64,000 nt of DNA from Clostridia bacterium. Its GTDB lineage: Bacteria > Bacillota > Clostridia > UMGS1883 > UMGS1540. The notes beneath the pieces were generated by a model. It was not told the DNA's origin. It was given only the letters and a program-made list of their open reading frames with translations, and made no database searches. The translations under genes and the position numbers were made by a program. Shown in pieces: positions 34,163-43,064 of this stretch. The stretch is from positions 7,617-71,616 of the forward strand of contig JAZSIR010000001.1 in assembly GCA_045533905.1 (NCBI GenBank). The letters run 5' to 3'. How positions within the stretch are numbered: position 1 is the stretch's first letter; each line of letters starts with the position of its first letter.

Positions 34163-34945
34163 TTATTCTTCCACGTTTGCCTTTTTCCGTGCGCGATAGA
34201 GGAATATGCCGCCTATCACAAGGACGAGTGAAAAAACCTGCGAAATGCGGAGATTTCCGAGCCAGAGGCTGTCCGCCCGCAGTCCTTCAATGAAGAAGCG
34301 CCCAATCCCGTAGCCGACCATATAAAGACTTGCGGCGCGCCCTTCGAAGCCACGCTTTTTCCGCGTAAACCACAAAAAGAGGAAAAGAGCAAGATTCCAA
34401 AGGGATTCATACAAAAATGTAGGATGTACCGCTTTGCCGTCTACAAGCATACGCCACGGAAGATTCGTAATTTCGCCGTATGCTTCGGCGTTGACGAAAT
34501 TCCCCCATCTGCCGATGCACTGCCCGATAAGGAATCCGTATGCACCGATATCGAGAAATTTCCAGACCGGCAGTTTATGTTTTTTCGTATAGCAAATGCC
34601 TGCAAGTAAGGCCCCGATGACACCGCCGTAAATGGCGATGCCGCCCTCCCATATGTAAAACACAGACAAAAGGTTGTCCTTATACTCCGAAAAAGAAAAG
34701 AGAACGTAATAAAGGCGGGCGCCCACAATGGCCGCAGGAAGCCCCCACAAAACCATATTATAAAGATGGTCGGGGTCCTCACCGAGACGCTTTGTTTCTC
34801 TTGTCCCGATCAAAAGTGCCGCAATAATGCCGAGCATAATAATAAGCGCATACCAGCGGATGCCCCCGCTTCCAAACGGAAGCGGTATGGCAATCTCATG
34901 TAGTGTGAAGGAAAGGCCGAGGCCCGGGAATGCTATCTTATTCAT
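34163..34945 (-). CDS. lgt: Prolipoprotein diacylglyceryl transferase
   Basis: 260 aa. IRWYALIIMLGI and Lgt signature GRWGNFVNAEAYG. Confidence 0.9.
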   Translation of the reverse strand: MNKIAFPGLGLSFTLHEIAIPLPFGSGGIRWYALIIMLGIIAALLIGTRETKRLGEDPDHLYNMVLWGLPAAIVGARLYYVLFSFSEYKDNLLSVFYIWEGGIAIYGGVIGALLAGICYTKKHKLPVWKFLDIGAYGFLIGQCIGRWGNFVNAEAYGEITNLPWRMLVDGKAVHPTFLYESLWNLALFLFLWFTRKKRGFEGRAASLYMVGYGIGRFFIEGLRADSLWLGNLRISQVFSLVLVIGGIFLYRARKKANVEE

Positions 34946-36209
34946 TTTCTTCCCCTCCCTTTTTCGGTTTTACAACGGAAAGGACGCATTTTGAAGCTGC
35001 AAGTCCGCCGCCGAGTGCCGCGGTTACATCTGAAAGCGTAAGCGCGCGCAAAACATCAGGGTAAGAGAGAAAATCGCCGCCGCGAAAGGCCATCGGCACA
35101 AAATTGTGCGCAATTTTCTCGGTGCTGTCCATCATACGGATCACGGTGCCCAAAGCGTTCTTTCTTGCTCTTTCAAATTCCGCCTCTCCGATGCCTTCTC
35201 TGCGCACCTTTTCCACGCGGTCTAAAATCCTGTCACGAACAACACGCGGGTTTTCGCTTTCCCCTTCTATTGCCAAAAATGCATACCCGCGCCCTGCGCT
35301 ATAGCCGCAGGAAACATCTTCGCCGATGAGGCCTTCGCCGTAAAGCTCTTTGAAAAGAGAGGTGCTTTTGCCGAAAAGGATGGACCCGAGCACTTCATAC
35401 ACGGCATCTGCAAAAACGGGGTCTTCCATAGGTTTCTCCTTAAAGCATACGGAAAACATCGGGCGCGAAACCATAAATTCGGCTTCCACTTCCGCTTTTA
35501 CAATTTCCTCGCCTTCTTCCGGAAGGCTCCACTCAAGAGCTGGCGAGCGTCTTTCTGCCGCCGTCTCCTCTACAACCTTCTGCACTTTTTCCGGTTCTAC
35601 ATCACCCGCAACGAATAAAATCATATTTTCGGGTGCATAGAACGCGTTATAGCACTGATACAAAAGTGTTTTATCGATTTTGGCGATGGATTCCTGATCG
35701 CCTGCAATATCAATCCGAATGGGATGGGTGCTGTACATTGCGCGAAGTGCCGAGAAAAAGCAGTTCCACGCCGGATCATCGCGGTACATATCAATTTCCT
35801 GCCCGATGATACCCTTTTCCTTTTCTACATTTTCTTCCGTAAAATACGGATTTTGCACAAACCGAATCAGAACCGAAAGTGCCTCGTACACATTCGAGGT
35901 GGCGGAGAAGAGATATCCCGTCATATCAAACGACGTGTATGCATTGGCAGAGGCGCCAAGTGCCGAGAATTTCTCAAATACATTCCCCTCTTCCTCTTCA
36001 AAGAGCTTATGCTCCAGAAAATGTGCTACACCGTCCGGCACGCGGATTTTTACGCTGTCCGCCGTAAAGGCAGTGTTGACAGAGCCGAAATCTGCCGCAA
36101 AAAGAGCAAAGCTCTTTCCAAATCCTTTTTTGGGAAGCACAAAGACGCGAAGACCGCTTTTATGCTTGAAATCATACAGTGTTTCACCGATGGAAGGATA
36201 TGTTTTCAT
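34938..36209 (-). CDS. M16-family zinc peptidase (catalytic subunit type)
   Basis: Inverted zinc motif HxxEH present (GVAHFLEHKLF). 8-nt overlap with lgt. Confidence 0.8.
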   Translation of the reverse strand: MKTYPSIGETLYDFKHKSGLRVFVLPKKGFGKSFALFAADFGSVNTAFTADSVKIRVPDGVAHFLEHKLFEEEEGNVFEKFSALGASANAYTSFDMTGYLFSATSNVYEALSVLIRFVQNPYFTEENVEKEKGIIGQEIDMYRDDPAWNCFFSALRAMYSTHPIRIDIAGDQESIAKIDKTLLYQCYNAFYAPENMILFVAGDVEPEKVQKVVEETAAERRSPALEWSLPEEGEEIVKAEVEAEFMVSRPMFSVCFKEKPMEDPVFADAVYEVLGSILFGKSTSLFKELYGEGLIGEDVSCGYSAGRGYAFLAIEGESENPRVVRDRILDRVEKVRREGIGEAEFERARKNALGTVIRMMDSTEKIAHNFVPMAFRGGDFLSYPDVLRALTLSDVTAALGGGLAASKCVLSVVKPKKGGEENE

Positions 36210-37492
36210 ACTTCTTTCCCTCCTTTTCCGTTTAAGAAGTAAACCGTATCCATAAAAATGCGCCCGGCAACTGCCGCAACGTCTTCCTTTCTGACTGCCA
36301 GAATCTTATCAATGACGCGGTCAATTTCTATAATATCACCAAACGGGAGCTGACGGCGGTGGTATCCCATAAGCTGGGAGGGCGAATCCTTGCAGGCGCG
36401 AAGATCCGAGATGGCACCCTGCACCGCGCCCGAAAATTCCGCATCGGTAATATTTCCCTTTCGGATTTCCGCTTCTTCCGCGCGGATAGCTTCCAGCGCC
36501 ACGGCGTACTTCGAAAAAGAAATGCCCGACTGCACAAACATAAGCCCCTTGGCGCGTTCAAGCCCCGAGGATGCATAATAGCAAAGGCTCATCTTCTCGC
36601 GCACGTTATTGAAAAGCTTTGAGGCGGTGCCGCCGCCGAACACGCGGTTATACAGCATCAGGGCATACATGTCGTCCGAAGAAGGGTCCACATCCACACG
36701 GTAGCCGATAACGAGTTTTCCCTGGAGAACCGCTTCCTTGTCCTCCACATAGCGGACTTCGTCTGCAGTCTTTCGCAGTGCTCCCGGGTATTCTGCGCTT
36801 CGCGCACCCAGCTTTTCGGCAAGGCGTTCTGCGCCACTGCGAGCCGCCGCTTCCTCAAAATTGCCGGACACAAAAATATCTACGCGAGCCGAAGAGAGCA
36901 TCTCGCGGTATATCTGATAAGCGCTTTCAGGGGTGATGCGCGGCAGGTCCTCCTCCCGCCCGTCAGCACGGATAGCATACGGCTCCCCTTTACACATTTC
37001 CTCGGCGCAGCGAACGAGGGCATACCGTCTTTTATCGTTCACAATGCCACGAATATCTTCCAAAAGCGCCTCTTTTTCACGGGTTAACACTGCCGCATCA
37101 AACCCCTCGCCTTCGGTGCGGGGGGAAAGAATGATATCGGAAAGCAGGTTTTGCATCTTTTCAAAAAGCGGTTCGCCTGCATAGGCATCGGCGATGGAAT
37201 CGGCTACAAAATACACCGTCTGCATTTCGCCCGATTTTTCTACGCCTGTATGCAGTTTCGTACCGTACAGCTCCTCGAGGTACAGATGAAGCGCCGACCG
37301 ATCAGAAAATTTCGAGTTGCCCGCCGTCAGCATTTTCGGCAAAAGTGCAAGCGCGGTTGCCTTTTCTTCTGCGAGCGGCATATGAAAATAGATGCCGATA
37401 ACACTGTTTTTGAACTTTTTGTCCGGCAGCATACAAAGCGTTATTCCGTTTTTAAGTGTTCGTTTTTGTATATCCACAGAGCTTCCTCCCAT
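36206..37492 (-). CDS. M16-family peptidase homolog without the HxxEH motif (non-catalytic partner type)
   Basis: Collinear M16 fold-length protein. No HxxEH at the equivalent N-terminal position. 4-nt overlap with the downstream M16 gene. The exact start is uncertain because the ORF overlaps the upstream gene by 52 nt. Confidence 0.7.
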   Translation of the reverse strand: MGGSSVDIQKRTLKNGITLCMLPDKKFKNSVIGIYFHMPLAEEKATALALLPKMLTAGNSKFSDRSALHLYLEELYGTKLHTGVEKSGEMQTVYFVADSIADAYAGEPLFEKMQNLLSDIILSPRTEGEGFDAAVLTREKEALLEDIRGIVNDKRRYALVRCAEEMCKGEPYAIRADGREEDLPRITPESAYQIYREMLSSARVDIFVSGNFEEAAARSGAERLAEKLGARSAEYPGALRKTADEVRYVEDKEAVLQGKLVIGYRVDVDPSSDDMYALMLYNRVFGGGTASKLFNNVREKMSLCYYASSGLERAKGLMFVQSGISFSKYAVALEAIRAEEAEIRKGNITDAEFSGAVQGAISDLRACKDSPSQLMGYHRRQLPFGDIIEIDRVIDKILAVRKEDVAAVAGRIFMDTVYFLNGKGGKEV

Positions 37493-38613
37493 AAAATTTC
37501 TTTCTTAGTATTTGCAGGGTTCTTGATGGCATACATAAAAAGTTTTCCGAGTGCCTCGCCGATTTCCCTGCCGGAAAAACCGATTTCCGCAAGGTCCCTG
37601 CCTGAAATTGGAAGTTCCGCCATATGCATTAAAGTGCCGTTTTCCTTTGCGCATATCCATTCTTTCTCAGCCGCCGCGTCCTGCAAAAAATCAAAAAGCT
37701 CTTCCGCGGACGAATGTTTAAGAGACGCGACATCAAAAACTATGCTTTCGCCCCTTTTATAGGCAGAAAGCTCCTCTGCGGAAAGAACGAGTGCACGCGG
37801 GGCATGCAAAGACCGCAGTGTTTCCGCGGCATCCTCGTCCAGAAGGTGCGCCCATTTTGCCGAAAGCGTGCGACACGCCGCAACCTTCTGAAATGTCGAT
37901 GCAGAAAGCGAGGCCTTTGGCACAGTGACGCGAAAGACGACCTCAGCCGCCGAAAGCGCCGAAAAATTGGCATACGTAAGGAGCTTTGTAAGTTCGGCAA
38001 AAATCCGCTCGCGGCTTATATCCTGCAGCGTAGCCGCCATTTCCCTGGCCGCTTTTTCCGTTTCTTCTTCCACAGAAAACGAAAGCTGCGCCGCAAAGCG
38101 AAAAAGGCGCAGGATGCGAAGGGCATCCTCTCCAAACCGCTGGCGCGGATCCCCCACCGTGCGAAGAAGCTTCTTTTCAAGGTCGGCTTCTCCTGAAAAC
38201 GGGTCATACACCCCGCTTTCAGGGCTATACGCTATGGCGTTTACGGTGAAATCCCGCCTTTTTAGATCTTCGTCAATCTCCGAAAGAAAATCCACGCTGT
38301 CCGGCCTTCTTTTATCGGTGTATGCACCGTCTTTCCGAAAGGTGGTAACTTCTATCGCACCCTCATCGGTTACAACTGTTACTGTGCCGTGCAAAAGCCC
38401 GGTATCATAGGTGTGCGGAAAAAGGCGCTTTACTTCCTCCGGCCGTGCGGAGGTGGCCACATCATAGTCGTGCGGCGTGCGGGACAAAAGAAGGTCCCTT
38501 ACACATCCGCCTACCGCATAGGCACGAAAACCCGCGTCCGTAAGTGTTTTACATATTGCTTCCACGTGCCGGGGCAGTGGCAAGTATCTCATCTTTTCTT
38601 TCATATTTTTCAA
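37441..38613 (-). CDS. cca: tRNA nucleotidyltransferase (CCA-adding) / poly(A) polymerase family protein
   Basis: GGCVRDLLLSRTPHDYDVAT nucleotidyltransferase head motif and RRDFTVNA. The start may be a downstream Met (38604 or 38592). Confidence 0.75.
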   Translation of the reverse strand: MKNMKEKMRYLPLPRHVEAICKTLTDAGFRAYAVGGCVRDLLLSRTPHDYDVATSARPEEVKRLFPHTYDTGLLHGTVTVVTDEGAIEVTTFRKDGAYTDKRRPDSVDFLSEIDEDLKRRDFTVNAIAYSPESGVYDPFSGEADLEKKLLRTVGDPRQRFGEDALRILRLFRFAAQLSFSVEEETEKAAREMAATLQDISRERIFAELTKLLTYANFSALSAAEVVFRVTVPKASLSASTFQKVAACRTLSAKWAHLLDEDAAETLRSLHAPRALVLSAEELSAYKRGESIVFDVASLKHSSAEELFDFLQDAAAEKEWICAKENGTLMHMAELPISGRDLAEIGFSGREIGEALGKLFMYAIKNPANTKKEILWEEALWIYKNEHLKTE

Positions 38614-39694
38614 AAATAAAATCTCCCAGACGCTTCATAGGGTTTCGCTCGCTTATGGTGCGAATCCCCTCCCGAAGGTTTTCACGCCGCCAATCATTCT
38701 GCAAAAACTGGTATACTGCCTCCTCAATCGGGCAAGTACTCGAAACAGCCATCGCAAGGCCGTTATTGACAAGGAACTCGCGATTTCTGTCCTCATGCCC
38801 CGGAATCGGGTTCATCAGAATGGTCGGCACCCCTTTGACAAGGCTTTCCGAAAGCGTAATCCCGCCCGGCTTTGTAATCATAAGGTCAGCCGCATCCATC
38901 ATCACATCCACATTGTCTACATACTCGTAAGCATACAAAGTATGCGCCGTTTTCAGCCGGTCGATATCGCGCTTCGCTTTCCTGTTTTTGCCGCAGACAC
39001 AAAGAAGCTGAAAATCATCCTGTATCTTATCAATCTGGCGTATGCTCTTTGTCATATTGCCGTAGCCCATACTGCCCATCATCACCAAAATCGTGGTTTT
39101 ATTCTCGATGCCGAGCGCCGCACGTGCCTCCGCTTTGGAAACGGACGTGGTGAATTTTTCCCGCACGGGAATCCCAAACGGCAAAATCTTATACTCCGAA
39201 ATTCCCTTCCGGATGCACTGGTAATTCAGGAGGGATGATGCGGTCACATAATAGTCAAGCCTTGTATTCTCCCAGTACGGATGCATCGTGAAGTCTGTTA
39301 CGATACCGAAGGTGGGGATTTCCCCGAGTTCTGCTTCCAGATATGTCAGATGGAGCGCCGCAAAAAGATGTGTGGTAATAATCACATCAGGCGAGAAGGA
39401 TTCGATATGACGAAGAAGCTTCTGCCCCACAACACTGTTGGCAATGCGGCTTAAGGGAATACCGTGGTGCTCGCTCTTTTCTGCAAGGCGGTACGCTCTT
39501 CTGTACATACCGGTTGCATACTGCGTGCCCACAAGATATCCCTTTTCAAGAGAATCGCTGAGAAGCGGGTTTGTTGCCTTATAGGCATCCAGCACGCGGC
39601 ACTCATGCCCGCGGGTTTCGAAATACTCGGAGATGGCCATTGCAGTCTGCGTATGACCCTGACCGGTTGAAATTGTTAAAACTAAAATTTTCAA
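38549..39694 (-). CDS. MGDG-synthase-family (GT28) diacylglycerol glycosyltransferase, UgtP-like
   Basis: MKILVLTISTGQGHTQTAMAISEYF N-terminal motif and C-terminal ITKPGGITLSE. Confidence 0.75.
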   Translation of the reverse strand: MKILVLTISTGQGHTQTAMAISEYFETRGHECRVLDAYKATNPLLSDSLEKGYLVGTQYATGMYRRAYRLAEKSEHHGIPLSRIANSVVGQKLLRHIESFSPDVIITTHLFAALHLTYLEAELGEIPTFGIVTDFTMHPYWENTRLDYYVTASSLLNYQCIRKGISEYKILPFGIPVREKFTTSVSKAEARAALGIENKTTILVMMGSMGYGNMTKSIRQIDKIQDDFQLLCVCGKNRKAKRDIDRLKTAHTLYAYEYVDNVDVMMDAADLMITKPGGITLSESLVKGVPTILMNPIPGHEDRNREFLVNNGLAMAVSSTCPIEEAVYQFLQNDWRRENLREGIRTISERNPMKRLGDFIFEKYERKDEILATAPARGSNM

Positions 39695-39804
39695 AACACT
39701 TCCGCCTTTCCTGTGTCACCAAAAAAGTGGCGTTTACATACTATACTATTGAAACAGCGGTGTGCTGTTTTACAGTACTATCAATATTTAAGGAGGACTT
39801 ACAC

Positions 39805-39954
39805 ATGGGTTTATTTGGTGGATGTGGCAACAACAACGGTAATTCCTGTCTCTGGATTATCATCATTCTGATCCTCATCTTCTGCTGCGGCTGCGGCTCG
39901 AACAATCTCGTAGGTGGCTGCCAGAGCAACTGCGGCAACGGTTGCTGCGACTAA
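39805..39954 (+). CDS. Tiny Cys-rich membrane peptide 1 (49 aa)
   Basis: AAGGAGGA lies 8 nt upstream of the ATG. Peptide MGLFGGCGNNNGNSCLWIIIILILIFCCGCGSNNLVGGCQSNCGNGCCD has 9 Cys and a central hydrophobic helix. Confidence 0.6.
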   Translation: MGLFGGCGNNNGNSCLWIIIILILIFCCGCGSNNLVGGCQSNCGNGCCD

Positions 39955-39989
39955 GAGAATCTCTATCTAGCTTTCAGAAAGGAGTATAC

Positions 39990-40118
39990 ATGATGAACTG
40001 CGGTCTTTCTTGCGGAAACAACAGCAATAACTGCTGTGAATGGATTTGGTGGATTCTTATCATCTATGTTTTCTTGAACTGCTTCTGCGGCGGTTGTAAC
40101 AACCAGAGCTGCTGCTAA
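39990..40118 (+). CDS. Tiny Cys-rich membrane peptide 2 (42 aa)
   Basis: AAAGGAG lies upstream. Peptide MMNCGLSCGNNSNNCCEWIWWILIIYVFLNCFCGGCNNQSCC has 9 Cys and the same architecture as peptide 1. Confidence 0.6.
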   Translation: MMNCGLSCGNNSNNCCEWIWWILIIYVFLNCFCGGCNNQSCC

Positions 40119-40134
40119 ATCCGAAAGGGCACTG

Positions 40135-40158
40135 CATCGGGCGAAGTTTCGCCCGATG
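40135..40158. terminator. Hairpin between the peptide genes and rdgB (poor U-tracts)
   Basis: CATCGGGCGAA-gt-TTCGCCCGATG. Confidence 0.35.
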
Positions 40159-40169
40159 TAGCCTTCCCG

Positions 40170-40745
40170 CTATTTTTCAAGATATGCGCGAAACTTTGCC
40201 AGCGCTCGCGAGCGGTGGCTGATTTCATTTTTTATTTCGGGCGAAAGTTCCCCGAAGGTTTTGCCGTATTCCGGAATGTAAAATACGGGGTCATACCCAA
40301 AGCCGTTCGTGCCGTGCGGTGAAAACGAGATTACACCGCGACATTCGCCGCGAAAGACCTTTTCCTCCCCTTCGGGCGTGACATAGGCGATAACAGATAC
40401 GAATGCCGCCCCACGTGCTGCTTCGGGAATTTCCTGCATGGCGAGAAGAAGCTTCTCCACATTTTTTTCGTCTGTGGCGTCTTCCCCCGCATACCGTGCC
40501 GAATAAATGCCGGGCGCGCCGGAAAGGGCATCTACCGCAAGCCCCGAATCATCCGCAATCGCGGCTTTTCCCGTAGCGTGCATCACAGCGCGCGCCTTAA
40601 TCAGCGCATTTTCCTCAAAGCTTGCACCATCTTCTATTATTTCTTCCGTAAATCCTGCTTCCCGCATAGTAATAAGTTCATAGGAAGGCAGAATTTTGCG
40701 GAATTCTTTCATTTTACCCATATTTCCTGTTGCAACCACCAGCAT
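40170..40745 (-). CDS. rdgB: Non-canonical purine NTP pyrophosphatase (XTP/dITP diphosphatase)
   Basis: 191 aa. VVATGNMGKMKEF, SFEENALIKA and FGYDPVF motifs of the Ham1/RdgB family. Confidence 0.88.
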   Translation of the reverse strand: MLVVATGNMGKMKEFRKILPSYELITMREAGFTEEIIEDGASFEENALIKARAVMHATGKAAIADDSGLAVDALSGAPGIYSARYAGEDATDEKNVEKLLLAMQEIPEAARGAAFVSVIAYVTPEGEEKVFRGECRGVISFSPHGTNGFGYDPVFYIPEYGKTFGELSPEIKNEISHRSRALAKFRAYLEK

Positions 40746-40765
40746 TTTCGTTTCTCCTTTTGGGG

Positions 40766-40888
40766 CTATCGGATAATCGGCAGAAATTTTCTTGCGATTT
40801 CCTCTACGCCGTAAGTATTCGGATGCACCTCGTCTGCAGAGATAAAGGACATATCCCCAAGAACAAAGCGCCCGTTTATGTAGGTCAC
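40766..40888 (-). pseudogene. Possible remnant of the C-terminus of an SGNH/GDSL hydrolase
   Basis: 40-codon GTG-initiated frame VTYINGRFVLGDMSFISADEVHPNTYGVEEIARKFLPIIR. ADEVHPNxxG resembles SGNH block V (DxxHPxxxG). No upstream catalytic blocks. Confidence 0.25.
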
Positions 40889-40916
40889 ATTTTATAGTGC
40901 ATTCCTTTTCCCCAAT

Positions 40917-41402
40917 TTATTTTTCTTCCGCCACAACAAACAAAGTCGAGTATTCTTCCACATCATAGTCGCCCGCGGCGCGAAAATCCATAAATTCTTT
41001 TTTGAGGCAGTATTCGCCGGGCGAAAGTTTGCCGTACAGATACTCCCAGTCTACCGAAAACTCGGTAGTTTCATTTTTCCGGATGATATAGGCCATTGCA
41101 TTCCACGTGTAATTTTCGATAATTGTGCTGACCGGTTCCCAGTCTTCGCCCTTTTTTTCAAAAAGCACAAAGTCCGCCCCTGTCTGAAGCTGGCCCGTAG
41201 GTTTGCCGCCTTTCTGTGTCACACGGATTTTTATACCGCCGGCGGTTACATTTTCTGCCGAAAGCGTAAGACCCCAGTCATATGTCTTCGATTCTTCTAC
41301 ATATACGGAAGTGGGGCCCTCTGCCCCGCCGATAGGGCTCTCGCCCGCGCAGCCCGAAAGAAGGCAAAGCGCCGAAAGCAGTATGAGAGATATTCGTTTC
41401 AT
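40917..41402 (-). CDS. Lipoprotein, function unknown
   Basis: Start MKRISLILLSALCLLSGC (lipobox LLSGC) at 41402 follows GGAAAGGAAG. The longer track ORF is an upstream extension. Confidence 0.65.
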   Translation of the reverse strand: MKRISLILLSALCLLSGCAGESPIGGAEGPTSVYVEESKTYDWGLTLSAENVTAGGIKIRVTQKGGKPTGQLQTGADFVLFEKKGEDWEPVSTIIENYTWNAMAYIIRKNETTEFSVDWEYLYGKLSPGEYCLKKEFMDFRAAGDYDVEEYSTLFVVAEEK

Positions 41403-41428
41403 ATTTTCTTCCTTTCCCCAAAGTGCTC

Positions 41429-42373
41429 CTACAGTAAGCCCAGAAAGCTTAAAAGGAACGTCCAGCCGAACAGGGTGATAAGGCACAGCGCTGAAGAAAT
41501 AACTACCAGGTGCGCCGCCAGCTGCTCGTCCCCACCCGTTTGCTGCGCCATCGTAAAGGACGACACGGCAACAGGTGCACCAAAGGTAATGAGCACACAA
41601 ACGAGTGCTTCACCACGGATGCCGAGGCAGGCGGCCGCGGAAAGTGCCAGAAGCGGAATCCATATGAGCTTTGCACTGACGGTAACCGTGATTTCTTTTA
41701 TACATTTCCGTATCGACTGATATTCAAACTCCGCGCCGAGCGCGATGAGTGCAAGCGGCGTTGCCACCGCGGCAACATCCTTTACTGAACTTTCGAGTAG
41801 CGAAGGCAATCGAAGATCCAAAAGCAAAAAGCCAACACCGAAAAGGCATGCTATAATTAAGGGGTTTTTGAAAATTTCCTTGACCATATGCATAGTGGAA
41901 GGGCGACCCTCGCCGTTTCCGAACCAGGTGAGCGCAAAGATGGCCAGAATATTAAAAATCGGCACGACCACGCTTACCATGAGAGATGCCACGCCGCCCG
42001 CCCCGCTTCCATAGAGGTATCCCACGAAAGGAAGCCCCAAAAGTGCGAAGTTCGAGCGAAAGGTTCCCTGCAGTATTACGCCCCTTTTTGCATTTTCCTT
42101 TGCGGTGCACATTGCCACCGCATACCCGAGGGCGAAATTTATAAGAATTGCGATAATGGTGAAGAGAACGAGCTTTCCATCAAAGATACTGCCAAGGTCC
42201 GTTTTATACAGATTATAAAATAAAAGCACAGGCAAAAAGACTTTGAAAACCATTTTATTCATCGTATCAAAGCCTCTTTTATCGGTAAGCTTTATCTTTT
42301 TCAGAAAATAGCCGATAAGCATCAGCACAAAGAGAGGCGCCACGGCATTATATGACAGCTGTAAGCTTTCCAA
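41429..42373 (-). CDS. AEC-family (auxin efflux carrier-like) transporter
   Basis: About 10 hydrophobic segments, N-terminus ...YNAVAPLFVLMLIGYFLKK. TTG start 7 nt after GGAGGA. Confidence 0.7.
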   Translation of the reverse strand: MESLQLSYNAVAPLFVLMLIGYFLKKIKLTDKRGFDTMNKMVFKVFLPVLLFYNLYKTDLGSIFDGKLVLFTIIAILINFALGYAVAMCTAKENAKRGVILQGTFRSNFALLGLPFVGYLYGSGAGGVASLMVSVVVPIFNILAIFALTWFGNGEGRPSTMHMVKEIFKNPLIIACLFGVGFLLLDLRLPSLLESSVKDVAAVATPLALIALGAEFEYQSIRKCIKEITVTVSAKLIWIPLLALSAAACLGIRGEALVCVLITFGAPVAVSSFTMAQQTGGDEQLAAHLVVISSALCLITLFGWTFLLSFLGLL

Positions 42374-42395
42374 TTGTTTTCCTCCGTACGCTTTT

Positions 42396-43064
42396 TTAGA
42401 TCTTATAGGCCTTTTCGGTAGGAATGGCGAACACAATGCCGTTTGCTTCTGAAGTAAGGCCGAACGCCCCGTTTACATCCTGCATAATCCGGCGGCTTGT
42501 TTCAAGCGGTGCAAGGATACAAAGGATTTCGCGCTCACCCTCGATATTTGTTTTGCCCATTGCGGCAAACTGCTCAACCTCGGCAAGGCGCCCTTTGATG
42601 ATCGTGCCGCCGGTGGCACCTGCTTTTCTTGCAGTATGCATTACGTCCTCGGCGTAGCCTTCATTTACAGATATGAAAATCAAATTGTTATGATGCTCGT
42701 TTTTCATTGCGCCATCTCCTTTTTCTGCGTTTACATCGTTATTGAAGCCGAGCACCTCCGTGAGAAGTCTGCTCGCGGCGGAAACCCCCAGAATAATCAT
42801 AAGACCGCCGTATTTTGAGTGGCTCTCAAAGGCCGTGCCGAAATTCGCCATCATCGTTTTGACAACACCCTCCGCGCCGAGGCTTATGATGATATCTTTA
42901 TCGTGTGAACCAAGGCCGAAGATGTCCATCATTTCCGTAGGTGCCGTGCCGAGGCCGACCGATTGGAAATTGATACGGATATCGTTCTTTTCGAGTTCTT
43001 TTATCAGTTTTTGTCCTTTATCCCGTTCTACAATGGATAAAAGGAACATCGGTTTTTTGCTCAT
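42396..43064 (-). CDS. Tandem P-II-like (two ferredoxin-like domains) regulatory protein
   Basis: Two repeats of the P-II-like pattern: MFLLSIVERDKGQKLIKELEKNDIRINFQSVGLG and NLIFISVNEGYAEDVMHTARKAGATGGTIIKGR. 4-nt overlap with the upstream membrane-protein gene. Confidence 0.55.
   Translation of the reverse strand: MSKKPMFLLSIVERDKGQKLIKELEKNDIRINFQSVGLGTAPTEMMDIFGLGSHDKDIIISLGAEGVVKTMMANFGTAFESHSKYGGLMIILGVSAASRLLTEVLGFNNDVNAEKGDGAMKNEHHNNLIFISVNEGYAEDVMHTARKAGATGGTIIKGRLAEVEQFAAMGKTNIEGEREILCILAPLETSRRIMQDVNGAFGLTSEANGIVFAIPTEKAYKI

Noticed and set aside
39571-39804. Upstream extension making the first Cys-rich peptide a 127-aa ORF
   Set aside because: The extension overlaps the glycosyltransferase gene antisense. 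A strong AAGGAGGA RBS sits immediately before the internal ATG at 39805.
39805-40118. RiPP or bacteriocin biosynthetic cluster interpretation of the Cys-rich peptides
   Set aside because: No radical-SAM, lanthipeptide, cyclodehydratase, protease or dedicated exporter genes are adjacent. The neighbours are housekeeping genes.
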